From: an uncultured Bacilli bacterium
Lineage (GTDB): Bacteria; Bacillota_I; Bacilli_A; RF39; UBA660
Direction: 5' to 3'
Length of the DNA stretch: 64,000 bases
Assembly (NCBI GenBank): GCA_947623735.1
Contig: CANQHE010000001.1
Span: 18,687-82,686, forward strand
The notes beneath the pieces were generated by a model. It saw only the letters and a list, made by a program, of their open reading frames with translations. It was not told where the DNA came from and did no database searches. Position numbers and translations under genes: made by a program. Each line of letters begins with the position of its first letter. Position 1 is the stretch's first letter. Below are positions 49,081 through 58,567 of this stretch, piece after piece.

Positions 49081-51428
49081 ATATTAAACATATTTTCTAT
49101 TTCATCCATGTCTACTCCATTTTGATAAATATATTCTTTATGTTTTTTAAGACTATCTAAACAATACTTTTTAACTTCTTCTTTTTGTAATTCATAACCC
49201 TTAATATATTTTAAAGCTAAAAGTACTAAATTAAACCTATCTATTTCATTTAATACTCGCATATCAAAAGCTGTTGTAATAGCTCCTTCTTCTTTATAAC
49301 CCCTAACATGTAAATTATTATTATGTCTCTTATAAGTAAGTTCATGAATTAAATTAGCATACCCATGAAAAGCAAAAATAATTGGTTTATCTTGAGTAAA
49401 TAAATTATCGTAATCTTCATCACTTAGCCCATGTGGATGAATTAAATTACTTTGAAGGCGCATTAAATCTACTACATTTATTACTCTTATTCTTAAATCA
49501 GGGATATATTTATGTAAAATGAGTGAAGCCCCAATAATCTCCGTATTAGGGGTATCTCCGGCACTTGCTAAAACAATATCTACTCCTGTATCATCATTGC
49601 TAACAAACTTAAGAACACCTATCCCTTTTCGGCAATGTTCGATAGCATCTCTCTTATCTAACCATTGTCTTGTTAAATGTTTACTTGCAACTACTACATT
49701 TATATAATTTTTAGTTTTGGCAATATGGTCAAAAGTTGATAAAAGTGTATTCGTATCTATTGGTAAATATATTCTTACTGTATCGGCTTTTTTGGTTACA
49801 ATATGATTTAAAAATCCCGGATCTTGATGCGTATATCCATTATGGTCTTGTTGCCAGACATGGCTAGTAAGAATAATATTTAAACTCGAAATATCTTTTC
49901 GCCAAGGTAATTCTCGACATATTTTAAGCCATTTTGCATGTTGTGAAACCATACTATCAATAATTCTACTAAAAGCTTCATAAGTATGAATAAAACCATG
50001 TCTTCCTGTAAGCAAATATCCTTCAAGCATTCCCTCACAAGCATGTTCAGAAAGTATCGAATCAATTATGGCCCCATCAGTATTTAAAAATTCATCACCT
50101 TTAATCGTCTCGCCATTCCATTTTCTATTTGTTACTTCAAAAACATGAGTGAGTCTATTTGATAAAGCTTCATCTGGTCCAAATATCCGATAATTATTTT
50201 TATTTAATTTTACAATATCCCGAATAAAAGCACCTAAAACGGTCATATCACTTTCTTTTATTGTTCCTGGTTTTTTTATATCTAACATATAATCTTTAAA
50301 ATCCGGCATATTAAGCTCTTTTAATAATAAGCCCCCATTAGCACTCTTATTAGCGCCCATTCTATATTCTTTATCAGGTATTAACTCTTGTAACCCTCTT
50401 TTTAAAGTTCCATTACTATCAAATAATTCTTCGGGATGATAACTTTTAAGCCAAGCTTCTAATATTTCCAAATTATTAGGATGATCTTCATCTACTAAAA
50501 CGGGTACTTGATGGGCTCTAAAAGTTCCTTCCACAATCTTTTCTTCGACAATCTTTGGCCCTGTCCATCCTTTTGGGGTTTCTAAAATAATCATTGGCCA
50601 TCTTGGTCTTGATGTATCTTTATTTTTTAAAGCCTTCTCTTTAATTTCTTTAATTTTTAAAACAACTGTTTCTAAAGCTTCTGCCATTTCTTCATGAATT
50701 AAAGCCATATCTCCCTTATAACTTACCATAATTGGATCATAGCCCATTCCCCTAAAATACATTTCTAATTCTTCTTTACTTATTCTCGCTAGAATAGTAG
50801 GATTAGCAATTTTATAACCATTTAAATGTAATATTGGAATCACAACTCCATCACTAATTGGATTAATAAATTTATTTAATTGCCAACTAGTCGCACATGG
50901 ACCTGTTTCTGCCTCTCCATCACCCACGACACAAGTAACCCACAAATCAGGATTATCTAAAACCGCCCCATAAGCATGAGCTAAACTATATCCGAGTTCT
51001 CCTCCTTCATTAATACTCCCTGGCATTTCGGGAGCTACGTGACTAGAAGTTCCTCCCGGAAAACTAAATCTTTTAAATAAAGATTTAAGCCCATCTTCAT
51101 CATAAGTTATATCGGGATAAAATTCACTATAAGTTTTTTCTAAATAAACATTAGAGTAAAAAGCTCCGCCCCCATGTCCCGGACCACTTACATATATCAT
51201 ATTTAAATTATATTTCTTTATTATCCTATTTAAATGAACATAACAAAAATTTTGACCAGGAGTCGTTCCCCAATGTCCTACAATTTTCTTTTTAATATGT
51301 TCCAATTTTAATGGTTCTCTAAGTAATGGATTATCTTTTAAATAAAGTTCTGCTGCTGCAAGATAATTAGTCGCTCTAAAATAAGCATCTATTTTTTCTA
51401 ATTCTTTATCCTTTAATATTCTTTCCAT
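49077..51428 (-). CDS. xfp: xylulose-5-phosphate/fructose-6-phosphate phosphoketolase
   Basis: 783 aa with ...GHWGTTPGQNFCYVHLNRIIKKY... and ...EGGELGYSLAHAYGAVLDNPDL...; TPP-dependent phosphoketolase signature and length. Confidence 0.9.
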   Translation of the reverse strand: MERILKDKELEKIDAYFRATNYLAAAELYLKDNPLLREPLKLEHIKKKIVGHWGTTPGQNFCYVHLNRIIKKYNLNMIYVSGPGHGGGAFYSNVYLEKTYSEFYPDITYDEDGLKSLFKRFSFPGGTSSHVAPEMPGSINEGGELGYSLAHAYGAVLDNPDLWVTCVVGDGEAETGPCATSWQLNKFINPISDGVVIPILHLNGYKIANPTILARISKEELEMYFRGMGYDPIMVSYKGDMALIHEEMAEALETVVLKIKEIKEKALKNKDTSRPRWPMIILETPKGWTGPKIVEEKIVEGTFRAHQVPVLVDEDHPNNLEILEAWLKSYHPEELFDSNGTLKRGLQELIPDKEYRMGANKSANGGLLLKELNMPDFKDYMLDIKKPGTIKESDMTVLGAFIRDIVKLNKNNYRIFGPDEALSNRLTHVFEVTNRKWNGETIKGDEFLNTDGAIIDSILSEHACEGMLEGYLLTGRHGFIHTYEAFSRIIDSMVSQHAKWLKICRELPWRKDISSLNIILTSHVWQQDHNGYTHQDPGFLNHIVTKKADTVRIYLPIDTNTLLSTFDHIAKTKNYINVVVASKHLTRQWLDKRDAIEHCRKGIGVLKFVSNDDTGVDIVLASAGDTPNTEIIGASLILHKYIPDLRIRVINVVDLMRLQSNLIHPHGLSDEDYDNLFTQDKPIIFAFHGYANLIHELTYKRHNNNLHVRGYKEEGAITTAFDMRVLNEIDRFNLVLLALKYIKGYELQKEEVKKYCLDSLKKHKEYIYQNGVDMDEIENMFNI

Positions 51429-51946
51429 TAATGATCACTCTATCCTATTATCCATTATATCAAATAATAAGAAAAAAAACTATATAAGAAATATAGTTTC
51501 AAGCTAATTTTAACTAAAACAAATAATCAAGTTTATTTTCTAAACTGACAAATATACCAATTAAAATCTATAGAAATTATATCATAAATTAAAATATTTT
51601 AAAACCCGAATATCTTACACTTTTTATTTAACTCGTTATTATAACAAAATTCAAAAGAAAAATAACCCTTTCGAGTTACTTTTCTTGCCCGAGGGATCCC
51701 GTACTTAACATACGATTAGAACATTCGCATATAAAATGCTTGGTTCGATACACCTCAAAGGTCTTCTAACAAAATTATACTACATTTTTACGAATTTACA
51801 ACCAATTTTTCTTCATTATTAAGGAGTGATAAATTATGTATTCATGCAAAAATTACTATTAAATACATTTAAAATATTAAAGTCGTAGTAATTTTAAGAG
51901 TAATAAATAAAAAATCCCCATATTTATGGGGATAAAATATCTAAAT

Positions 51947-52023
51947 TGGTGGAGAATGTGGGATTCGAACCCGCGACCCTCTGCGTGCAGGGCAGATGCT
52001 CTAGCCAGCTGAGCTAATTCCCC
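51947..52023 (-). tRNA. tRNA-Ala (anticodon UGC)
   Basis: Reverse complement GGGGAATTAGCTCAGCTGGCTAGAGCATCTGCCCTGCACGCAGAGGGTCGCGGGTTCGAATCCCACATTCTCCACCA has the G3:U70 identity pair and anticodon loop CCTGCAC. Confidence 0.9.
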
Positions 52024-52080
52024 AAAGAACATAACTATCTTATCATATGAGATAGCCAAAATCAAGAGTTTTTTTAAAAA

Positions 52081-52275
52081 TTATAAAACTTTTACTAAAC
52101 CCTTCTCAATTTCCTCTAATGCTCTTCCAAGTTCTTTCTTATTCACATAGTCTTTCTCTCGCATTTGAAAATGTTTATTCTCAAGCATTTGTTTACTTCT
52201 CATTGAAGCCACATGAACTAAAATATACTTTGAATCTACCACATTAAGTAATTTATCGATTGAGGGGTATAACAT
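52081..52275 (-). CDS. rpoZ: DNA-directed RNA polymerase subunit omega
   Basis: 64 aa MLYPSIDKLLNVVDSKYILVHVASMRSKQM... matches the RpoZ N-terminus. Confidence 0.8.
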   Translation of the reverse strand: MLYPSIDKLLNVVDSKYILVHVASMRSKQMLENKHFQMREKDYVNKKELGRALEEIEKGLVKVL

Positions 52276-52363
52276 ACTCTTCCACTTCCTTTACAATAAT
52301 ATCATACTAAATATTTCTAAAACTTAGAAGTATAAAGAAAATATTTTGACAAAACCTTTACAT

Positions 52364-53059
52364 TTAAAATAATTTCATTTGTCCTTCAATTTCCCAACTA
52401 GTTTCTTCTCTTTTATCTTTACTATCTATTACTTCTTTTTTAACTTCAACTCTTCGTTTTTCTTTATCTTCATATAATTTTAAAGCCTCTTCTACTTTTA
52501 TCGCTGTAAAAGCAACATTATAAAGATTTAAAAAACTAAAAAATCTTCCCTTTTTTTCTCTTCGATAGCATTCTTTACTTAAAAACTTTCTCACTAAATC
52601 ATAAAGTTCCAATTCATCAACATAACTACCCCTATTTCTTAATTGATAAAATTCTTCCGATGGAAATTTTTTAAAATTTTCGTTATAATACATTTCATAG
52701 CTACTCAAAAATAATTTTAAAAAAGCCGGATATTTTAAACATCTACTAACTATTACTCCTGCAAGATCAAAATAACTTAAATACTTTTCCTGTTTTTTAT
52801 ATGGCACATCTAAACAATAGCTATACATCTTCCCTTTATATTTCCTTCGATAAACTATCTCTATATCTAACTTAGAAATATCTCGATTAACTATTTTTTT
52901 AGCCATTAAAAACTGTTTTAAATCATATTCACTATTAAAAGTCATCGTATATGTACAAAGAGCTCTCAAATTATTATTAACATTAACCCTCTCATCTAAT
53001 TTATCAAGTGGAATAAACTCATGCTTTGCTCCATTCTTAATTCCTAAAAAATACTTCAT
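52364..53059 (-). CDS. hypothetical protein
   Basis: 231 aa basic cytoplasmic protein with no recognizable motif; second gene of an operon divergent from regulator paralog 4. Confidence 0.45.
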   Translation of the reverse strand: MKYFLGIKNGAKHEFIPLDKLDERVNVNNNLRALCTYTMTFNSEYDLKQFLMAKKIVNRDISKLDIEIVYRRKYKGKMYSYCLDVPYKKQEKYLSYFDLAGVIVSRCLKYPAFLKLFLSSYEMYYNENFKKFPSEEFYQLRNRGSYVDELELYDLVRKFLSKECYRREKKGRFFSFLNLYNVAFTAIKVEEALKLYEDKEKRRVEVKKEVIDSKDKREETSWEIEGQMKLF

Positions 53060-53092
53060 AAAATCCCCTCTAAAAATATTATACCCTTAAAA

Positions 53093-53674
53093 TTAAATAT
53101 AATCAATAATTAAAGCCTTTAATAATGCTTTTGCCTTATCATTTCTTCCCATATCAGTTATTTTTAATAAAACCCTTTTATTTATATAATTATTATTAAT
53201 ATATGCTTTTATAACTTCTTCTAAAAAACTATCAAAATCTAAAATATTTTCTTTTATTTCTTCCATCTTAATATCTTCAATTAACCTTAAAACCTCTTTA
53301 TCATTCTTTTCTCTTATGCCATCTAAAATAATACTCATTATCGCCAAGTCATCATATATATTAAAAACATTTATCAAAACTATAAAAACATTATCTTTAT
53401 TTACATCATTTAAAATATTTATAAAATCCTTAATTCCCCTCTTTTTAATTAATAAAACTGGATAATCTCTAACTAATGGTAAAAAATCTATATCTCGTCT
53501 TAAATTTTTAATATCATATTTATTAACAATATCCTTAAACCATTCTATACTCTTATCTATATTTACCTCACTTGCTTTTCTAAGTATATTGTAAACAGCA
53601 TCAACATCACTATCACTACAGATATTATCTTTTAAATTTAAAAATAACCCCTCCAAAAAAAGAATCTTATCCAT
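53093..53674 (-). CDS. hypothetical protein
   Basis: 193 aa with no recognizable motif; first gene of the operon divergent from 53786-54232. Confidence 0.45.
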   Translation of the reverse strand: MDKILFLEGLFLNLKDNICSDSDVDAVYNILRKASEVNIDKSIEWFKDIVNKYDIKNLRRDIDFLPLVRDYPVLLIKKRGIKDFINILNDVNKDNVFIVLINVFNIYDDLAIMSIILDGIREKNDKEVLRLIEDIKMEEIKENILDFDSFLEEVIKAYINNNYINKRVLLKITDMGRNDKAKALLKALIIDYI

Positions 53675-53785
53675 AAATGACCACCTAAGATAATTTTATC
53701 ATATAATTAGCAAATTGTAAAATGCTATACAAATAAACTCCAAAAAGTCCATTATAACTCATTTTTTGAGAAAATATATCTACAG

Positions 53786-54232
53786 GTGATGAAAATGCAA
53801 TTTCCAAGAATGAAAGAAATTAGAGAAGAAAAAGGATTAAAACAAAAAGACGTTGCTCAAGCTTTAGGCGTTACTAAAGGTTCATATAGTATGTGGGAGT
53901 GTGGAGCCGACACTATCCCTTTAAGAAGATTAAATGAATTTTGTAATTTATTTGATGTATCTATTGATTATGTTGTTGGTTTCAATAATAAAAAGAAATA
54001 TACCAATTCTAAACCCGACATCAAACTCAAAATAACTGGTGAAAACTTAAAAAAGATTCGCCTTAAAAAATCTTTAACCCAAGTTAAAATAGCTGAAGAA
54101 TTAAAAATCAATCAACCAACTTGGAATCGTTATGAAAACAGTAAAACTTTAATTCTAACTGTAGTTTTAGTCGAACTTGCCAAAAAATATCATTATTCTA
54201 TTGATAAAATATTAGGTAAAAATAAAGATTAA
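53786..54232 (+). CDS. tandem-HTH XRE-family regulator (paralog 4 of 4)
   Basis: 148 aa ...LKQKDVAQALGVTKGSYSMWE...VSIDYVVGF... then ...LTQVKIAEELKINQPTWNRYEN...YSIDKILGKNKD. Confidence 0.7.
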   Translation: MMKMQFPRMKEIREEKGLKQKDVAQALGVTKGSYSMWECGADTIPLRRLNEFCNLFDVSIDYVVGFNNKKKYTNSKPDIKLKITGENLKKIRLKKSLTQVKIAEELKINQPTWNRYENSKTLILTVVLVELAKKYHYSIDKILGKNKD

Positions 54233-54307
54233 TGTAGTTATTCCTACATTTTTTTATGCTTAAATATAAGAAAAAAGCTCCAAAACAGAAGCTTTATAAT
54301 CAAAAAA

Positions 54308-54385
54308 TGGTCGAGAAGACAGGATTTGAACCTGCGACCCCTTGGTCCCAAGCCAAGTGCACTACCAAATTGTGCTACTTCTCGA
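54308..54385 (-). tRNA. tRNA-Pro (anticodon UGG)
   Basis: Reverse complement TCGAGAAGTAGCACAATTTGGTAGTGCACTTGGCTTGGGACCAAGGGGTCGCAGGTTCAAATCCTGTCTTCTCGACCA has anticodon loop CTTGGGA. Confidence 0.8.
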
Positions 54386-54389
54386 TAAC

Positions 54390-54466
54390 TGGTGCACCCT
54401 AAGGGAGTCGAACCCCTAACCTTTAGATCCGTAGTCTAACGCTCTATCCAATTGAGCTAAGGGTGC
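54390..54466 (-). tRNA. tRNA-Arg (anticodon ACG)
   Basis: Reverse complement GCACCCTTAGCTCAATTGGATAGAGCGTTAGACTACGGATCTAAAGGTTAGGGGTTCGACTCCCTTAGGGTGCACCA has anticodon loop CTACGGA. Confidence 0.8.
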
Positions 54467-54568
54467 GTCCCCAAAAGTCTGCACTTTTTCCAAAATGCAT
54501 ATTAATTATATTATAATTATATGCAAAAATCAAGACTTTTTAACCTTTATCCTTTAAAAAATCACCTT

Positions 54569-55381
54569 TTAAATATATAATTTATTTAAATTATAATCCT
54601 GTATTTCAAAACTAGTTCCTTTATCAATAACTTTTCCTTTAAAAACTCCACTTCTTGCTATTACAACTTTAAAAGTAATTCTAATATATCCATCACTAAT
54701 TAATTTAATAAATGTCTCAAAATCTATTAAATTCTTAAACTGATAATCATAAAATTTATAACTAACATCTAAATTCTCAGTTTTTTCCCAAGCTTTTACT
54801 AATAATAACTTTTTCTTTTTACTCTCAAATCTTTCTTTTACCAATTTAAAACTCCAATAACTTTTATCTTCGATTAAAGAATTATTCTTATCATAAACTA
54901 GTAAACTAATTCTTTCTCTTTCATAATCAACTTCTAATCTAAATAAAAATCTATTTCCCACAAAAGTTGCTGTATTAGCTTGAACTGAAAAGTTAAATAT
55001 CTTTTTTCGCATATCATCTTTTTTATAATATCCATATTTATCTTTAAGTCTTTTTAACTCATCATTACTTTTTCCTTCAACTGGAGCATTAAACAATACT
55101 AAATAATTACCTATAGCTTCCTTTTTAACTTTAATATCGATATCTTTATATGTCTTTTTAGGTAATAAACTTAAATAAGTCTTTAATGCTCCATTCTTAC
55201 CCATCTTTAAATCAGATATATACCCCCTTTCTTTAATATCATTTACAGCATTTTTTAATTCTTTTAATTCATCTAATTTCACCAAAAACATCCCTTTCTT
55301 TAAAAGAATGTTTCCTACTATAGCACAACCGAAGGGCGAAATTTGTCGAATTATGGGAGCAAACTCAAAAAAAAAGAACAA
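54569..55381 (-). CDS. hypothetical protein
   Basis: 270 aa; the true start is probably internal (MFLVKLDELKEL...). No recognizable motif. Confidence 0.4.
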   Translation of the reverse strand: MFFFFEFAPIIRQISPFGCAIVGNILLKKGMFLVKLDELKELKNAVNDIKERGYISDLKMGKNGALKTYLSLLPKKTYKDIDIKVKKEAIGNYLVLFNAPVEGKSNDELKRLKDKYGYYKKDDMRKKIFNFSVQANTATFVGNRFLFRLEVDYERERISLLVYDKNNSLIEDKSYWSFKLVKERFESKKKKLLLVKAWEKTENLDVSYKFYDYQFKNLIDFETFIKLISDGYIRITFKVVIARSGVFKGKVIDKGTSFEIQDYNLNKLYI

Positions 55382-55408
55382 ATTTTCAATTTTTGTTCTA
55401 ATTTTTAC

Positions 55409-56026
55409 TTATTTTAAGTATTTATTGAATATTTCTTTCATGGCATCAGCTGATCTATAACCAATAAAACCATCAACTACTTTACCATTTTCTATGACTA
55501 CAACTACTGGTGTATAACCATGAGCTTCAAACAAACCACCTAAAGTGCCATCTTCCCCATTAACTGTTGCATCAACATCTTTCATCGCATCGATTAAATT
55601 TCTCATATAAGTAACCCAAGTAGAGAAAGCATGACCCTCACCTGAATCAGACTCACTATTCTTAAGTTCTAAAGGAATATAATCTAATGTAAATCCAAGA
55701 TCACTTTGGACTTGGTTAAGTACTGGTACTGTTTGAACACATACTGAACAAGTACTACGACCAATATAAACTATATGTGTTTTTTTATCGCTGAGTAAAG
55801 TATCAATCTCATCTTCAGCAATTGCATTCATTTTACTTACGTCATAACTTGATGATGAACTACTTCCCCCTTGACTTGTTCCAGTATTACTACTTCCACT
55901 ATCTGAACTACCACCTTTAATGTATAATCCAATAAGAAGCATAAATACAATCACAAAACCTAAAACAACGATAAAAGTTAAGTTTCTTATTTTTTCCGCT
56001 AGCATTACTTTGTCTTCGTTTTTCAT
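55409..56026 (-). CDS. membrane-anchored thioredoxin-fold thiol-disulfide oxidoreductase
   Basis: N-terminal TM, Ser/Gly-rich linker, then CxxC active site (IGRSTCSVCVQ) in a thioredoxin-like context. Confidence 0.65.
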   Translation of the reverse strand: MKNEDKVMLAEKIRNLTFIVVLGFVIVFMLLIGLYIKGGSSDSGSSNTGTSQGGSSSSSSYDVSKMNAIAEDEIDTLLSDKKTHIVYIGRSTCSVCVQTVPVLNQVQSDLGFTLDYIPLELKNSESDSGEGHAFSTWVTYMRNLIDAMKDVDATVNGEDGTLGGLFEAHGYTPVVVVIENGKVVDGFIGYRSADAMKEIFNKYLK

Positions 56027-56092
56027 TTTTTTCCCTCCTTAAAAACAAGTAGTATTATACATCTACTTCTAAAAAAAATCAAGTCCCCGCTT

Positions 56093-56467
56093 CTAAGCGA
56101 TTAAAGTAGCTACTACTTTTTCCTTTTTTTTATCATATTCTAGCTTGATTTTATTATCATTATAACTTTCTTTAGTCTCAGGATTAACGACTATTCCTTC
56201 ATTATTTCCAAACATATAACCATTTTCTACTAAATCATTTACCGTTATATATGTTGTATCAGCTTCATCAAACAACTTTTTATTATTTATAGCGTATGCT
56301 TCTGCTTGTTCTTCAATTATATTTTTAACTTCACTTACAGATATTTCATTATCAATTTGAAATGCATAACTTGTTTTATTTATCATAATAAAAGCTACTA
56401 TTCCTACTAAAATAATAACTATAATTAATTCCACTTTTGTATATCCAAACTTATTTAAATTCTTCAT
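56093..56467 (-). CDS. prepilin-type (type IV pilin / pseudopilin-like) protein
   Basis: MKNLNKFG|YTKVELIIVIILVGIVAF: class III leader, G at the cleavage site, Glu at +5 and a hydrophobic helix. Confidence 0.55.
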   Translation of the reverse strand: MKNLNKFGYTKVELIIVIILVGIVAFIMINKTSYAFQIDNEISVSEVKNIIEEQAEAYAINNKKLFDEADTTYITVNDLVENGYMFGNNEGIVVNPETKESYNDNKIKLEYDKKKEKVVATLIA

Positions 56468-56527
56468 TCCTTTACCACCTTAACTATAAGTATATCACAC
56501 TAAAAAAAAAGAAAAAAGTCTTTTTCT

Positions 56528-57013
56528 TTAATCTTTTACATATTTTTGCAATATTCTATATTCTTCCACCAATCGCTCTAAACTAAATGTCGCATTCGCG
56601 GGACTTGTACTCGGTAAACATATTGCCTCTATTCCAATGTTATCTCTAATATACTTATTATATAAATTATAAGCTGTCTTCCCATCAACAAAAATGGTTT
56701 TAACTTTACTATTATGTATAATCACACCTATATCATTAGGAATTACATTTTTAATTGAAGCATCACTTGAACCTTTAATCTCACAAGAGGCACAAACATC
56801 AAATAAGGAAATATGATGCTTAGTTAAAAACTTCTTTTTACTTGCAATATCTGTTATTTCTTCGTCAAATAATATCCCTAAAACTTTCCAAAATCTATTT
56901 TGGGGATGATGATAATAAAACCCGGCTTCTCTTGATTTAATACTCGGAAAAGAACCTAATATTAATACTTCGGAATTTTCATCATAAAAAGGTTCGATTG
57001 TATGTTTTTCCAT
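56528..57013 (-). CDS. uracil-DNA glycosylase superfamily protein (deoxyinosine / mismatch glycosylase-like)
   Basis: LILGSFPS...FYYHHPQNRFW near the N-terminus is the UDG-superfamily motif A context. Confidence 0.55.
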   Translation of the reverse strand: MEKHTIEPFYDENSEVLILGSFPSIKSREAGFYYHHPQNRFWKVLGILFDEEITDIASKKKFLTKHHISLFDVCASCEIKGSSDASIKNVIPNDIGVIIHNSKVKTIFVDGKTAYNLYNKYIRDNIGIEAICLPSTSPANATFSLERLVEEYRILQKYVKD

Positions 57014-57036
57014 CTTATATTTTTAAAAAAGTAGTC

Positions 57037-58497
57037 TTAACTAACTACTTTCTTTCTAATTATCATTAATACTCCCCCACTTACTAAAAATAAACCTATA
57101 TACTTCCCAATATTATCTATAGTAGGTGGTACATCACTAGTAGTTTCATCTCCCGGTTTTTCTGAAAGTGTATAGACACTAAAGTGATTTGTATTAAATG
57201 TTGCCATACCATTTTCTACTTTTACCGTATACTCTACTACTTTATTATCATCATTTACATAATAAACAATTAAATCTTTATCCTTTAATTCTTCTGTTAT
57301 TGGAATACTAACTTTAAAATTACCATCATCTAATTTAGTTATATAACTATCCGCGGTTTTAGAATAAAGTTTTAAATCATACATTTGCGGATTAATAAGT
57401 TTTAAAACATCATTAATCTCTTTATATTCTTTACTATTTTCATCTAAAACATTAACACTTAAATTTGTATCAAGCGGAATATTTGCACTATCACTAGAGA
57501 TAGCTACTTCTGTTTGCATATCAATATTACTATAACGTGGTACTTCCATTTTTTTACTATTGCGTTCAATTACAAAATTTTTACTTATTCCATTTATTGT
57601 AATTGTATAATAGTAATCCCCCATTTTAGCTTCATCGCCCATAACAGACCAATCAAACAAAATATCTTCGCCCATATCTTGGTAATATTCACCAATATAA
57701 CCTTCTCTTTTTCCAGCTACCTCTATTTTTGTATCATTATTTCCTAAATAATCATCTATTCTTTTTTTCGCGGCTGCTATATAAGCTTCAGGCGTATTCT
57801 CTGTTTTATCTGGAATATAAATAACACTAATTTGTCTAAAAGCTAAAACATCATATATATCATAAACTATTCCATTATATATAATTGAAAAAGGACCAAA
57901 AGTAACATCATACATCGGGTCAATATCTCCACCCGCTCTTACATCTAAATAATAATTAAAATTACTATTTTCAAAAGCTTTTCTTAATACTGGAGCAAAA
58001 TAAGCTATCTTATTAATATCATTAATATTATTTATATCTTTAATATTCGCTAAATAATTAATAAGATTTAAATCCTTTACTTCAAAATAAGTTTTATAAG
58101 TATCTTCTTTATCAAATACTAGACCATATTTATTTATTCGGTCTATATACTTTTCTACTTTCTTCATGATTTTAGCATCACTTTTTGCCCAAACAACCTT
58201 TACTTTCTTTTCAATAGTTCGAAAATCTCCCGTTCTCTCAGCAACCGCTAAAGTACACTCGCTAGCATCATCATTACACTCCCCTAGATAACCTATCGCC
58301 TCTGAATTATTATACTTATCATAAAAATATCCCGCTGAAACAAATTCGACATTACTAATATCATCCGGTTTAACTGCCCCAATTTTAAATACCCCATCAA
58401 CAACTTCTTTTTCCATAATTTCTTCTATGGTAAGGGCTTTAACATTTAAAGATAAACTAAATAAGCAAACAATTCCCAATAATAATTTCTTCATCAC
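57037..58497 (-). CDS. secreted surface protein with a degenerate sorting-signal-like C-terminus
   Basis: Signal peptide, 486 aa. C-terminal SDVPPTIDNIGKYIGLFLVSGGVLMIIRKKVVS resembles the island's SPETGDNILTYVG...RKK tails. Confidence 0.55.
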   Translation of the reverse strand: MMKKLLLGIVCLFSLSLNVKALTIEEIMEKEVVDGVFKIGAVKPDDISNVEFVSAGYFYDKYNNSEAIGYLGECNDDASECTLAVAERTGDFRTIEKKVKVVWAKSDAKIMKKVEKYIDRINKYGLVFDKEDTYKTYFEVKDLNLINYLANIKDINNINDINKIAYFAPVLRKAFENSNFNYYLDVRAGGDIDPMYDVTFGPFSIIYNGIVYDIYDVLAFRQISVIYIPDKTENTPEAYIAAAKKRIDDYLGNNDTKIEVAGKREGYIGEYYQDMGEDILFDWSVMGDEAKMGDYYYTITINGISKNFVIERNSKKMEVPRYSNIDMQTEVAISSDSANIPLDTNLSVNVLDENSKEYKEINDVLKLINPQMYDLKLYSKTADSYITKLDDGNFKVSIPITEELKDKDLIVYYVNDDNKVVEYTVKVENGMATFNTNHFSVYTLSEKPGDETTSDVPPTIDNIGKYIGLFLVSGGVLMIIRKKVVS

Positions 58498-58567
58498 AAC
58501 TTCACTCTCCTAATACAATTTTATCATAATAAATTATATATTTCTACTATATTTTAAAAAAGATAAG

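Noticed and set aside
51877-52065. 62-aa minus-strand ORF from the track.
   Set aside because: It overlaps tRNA-Ala (51947-52023) and its flanks; spurious.
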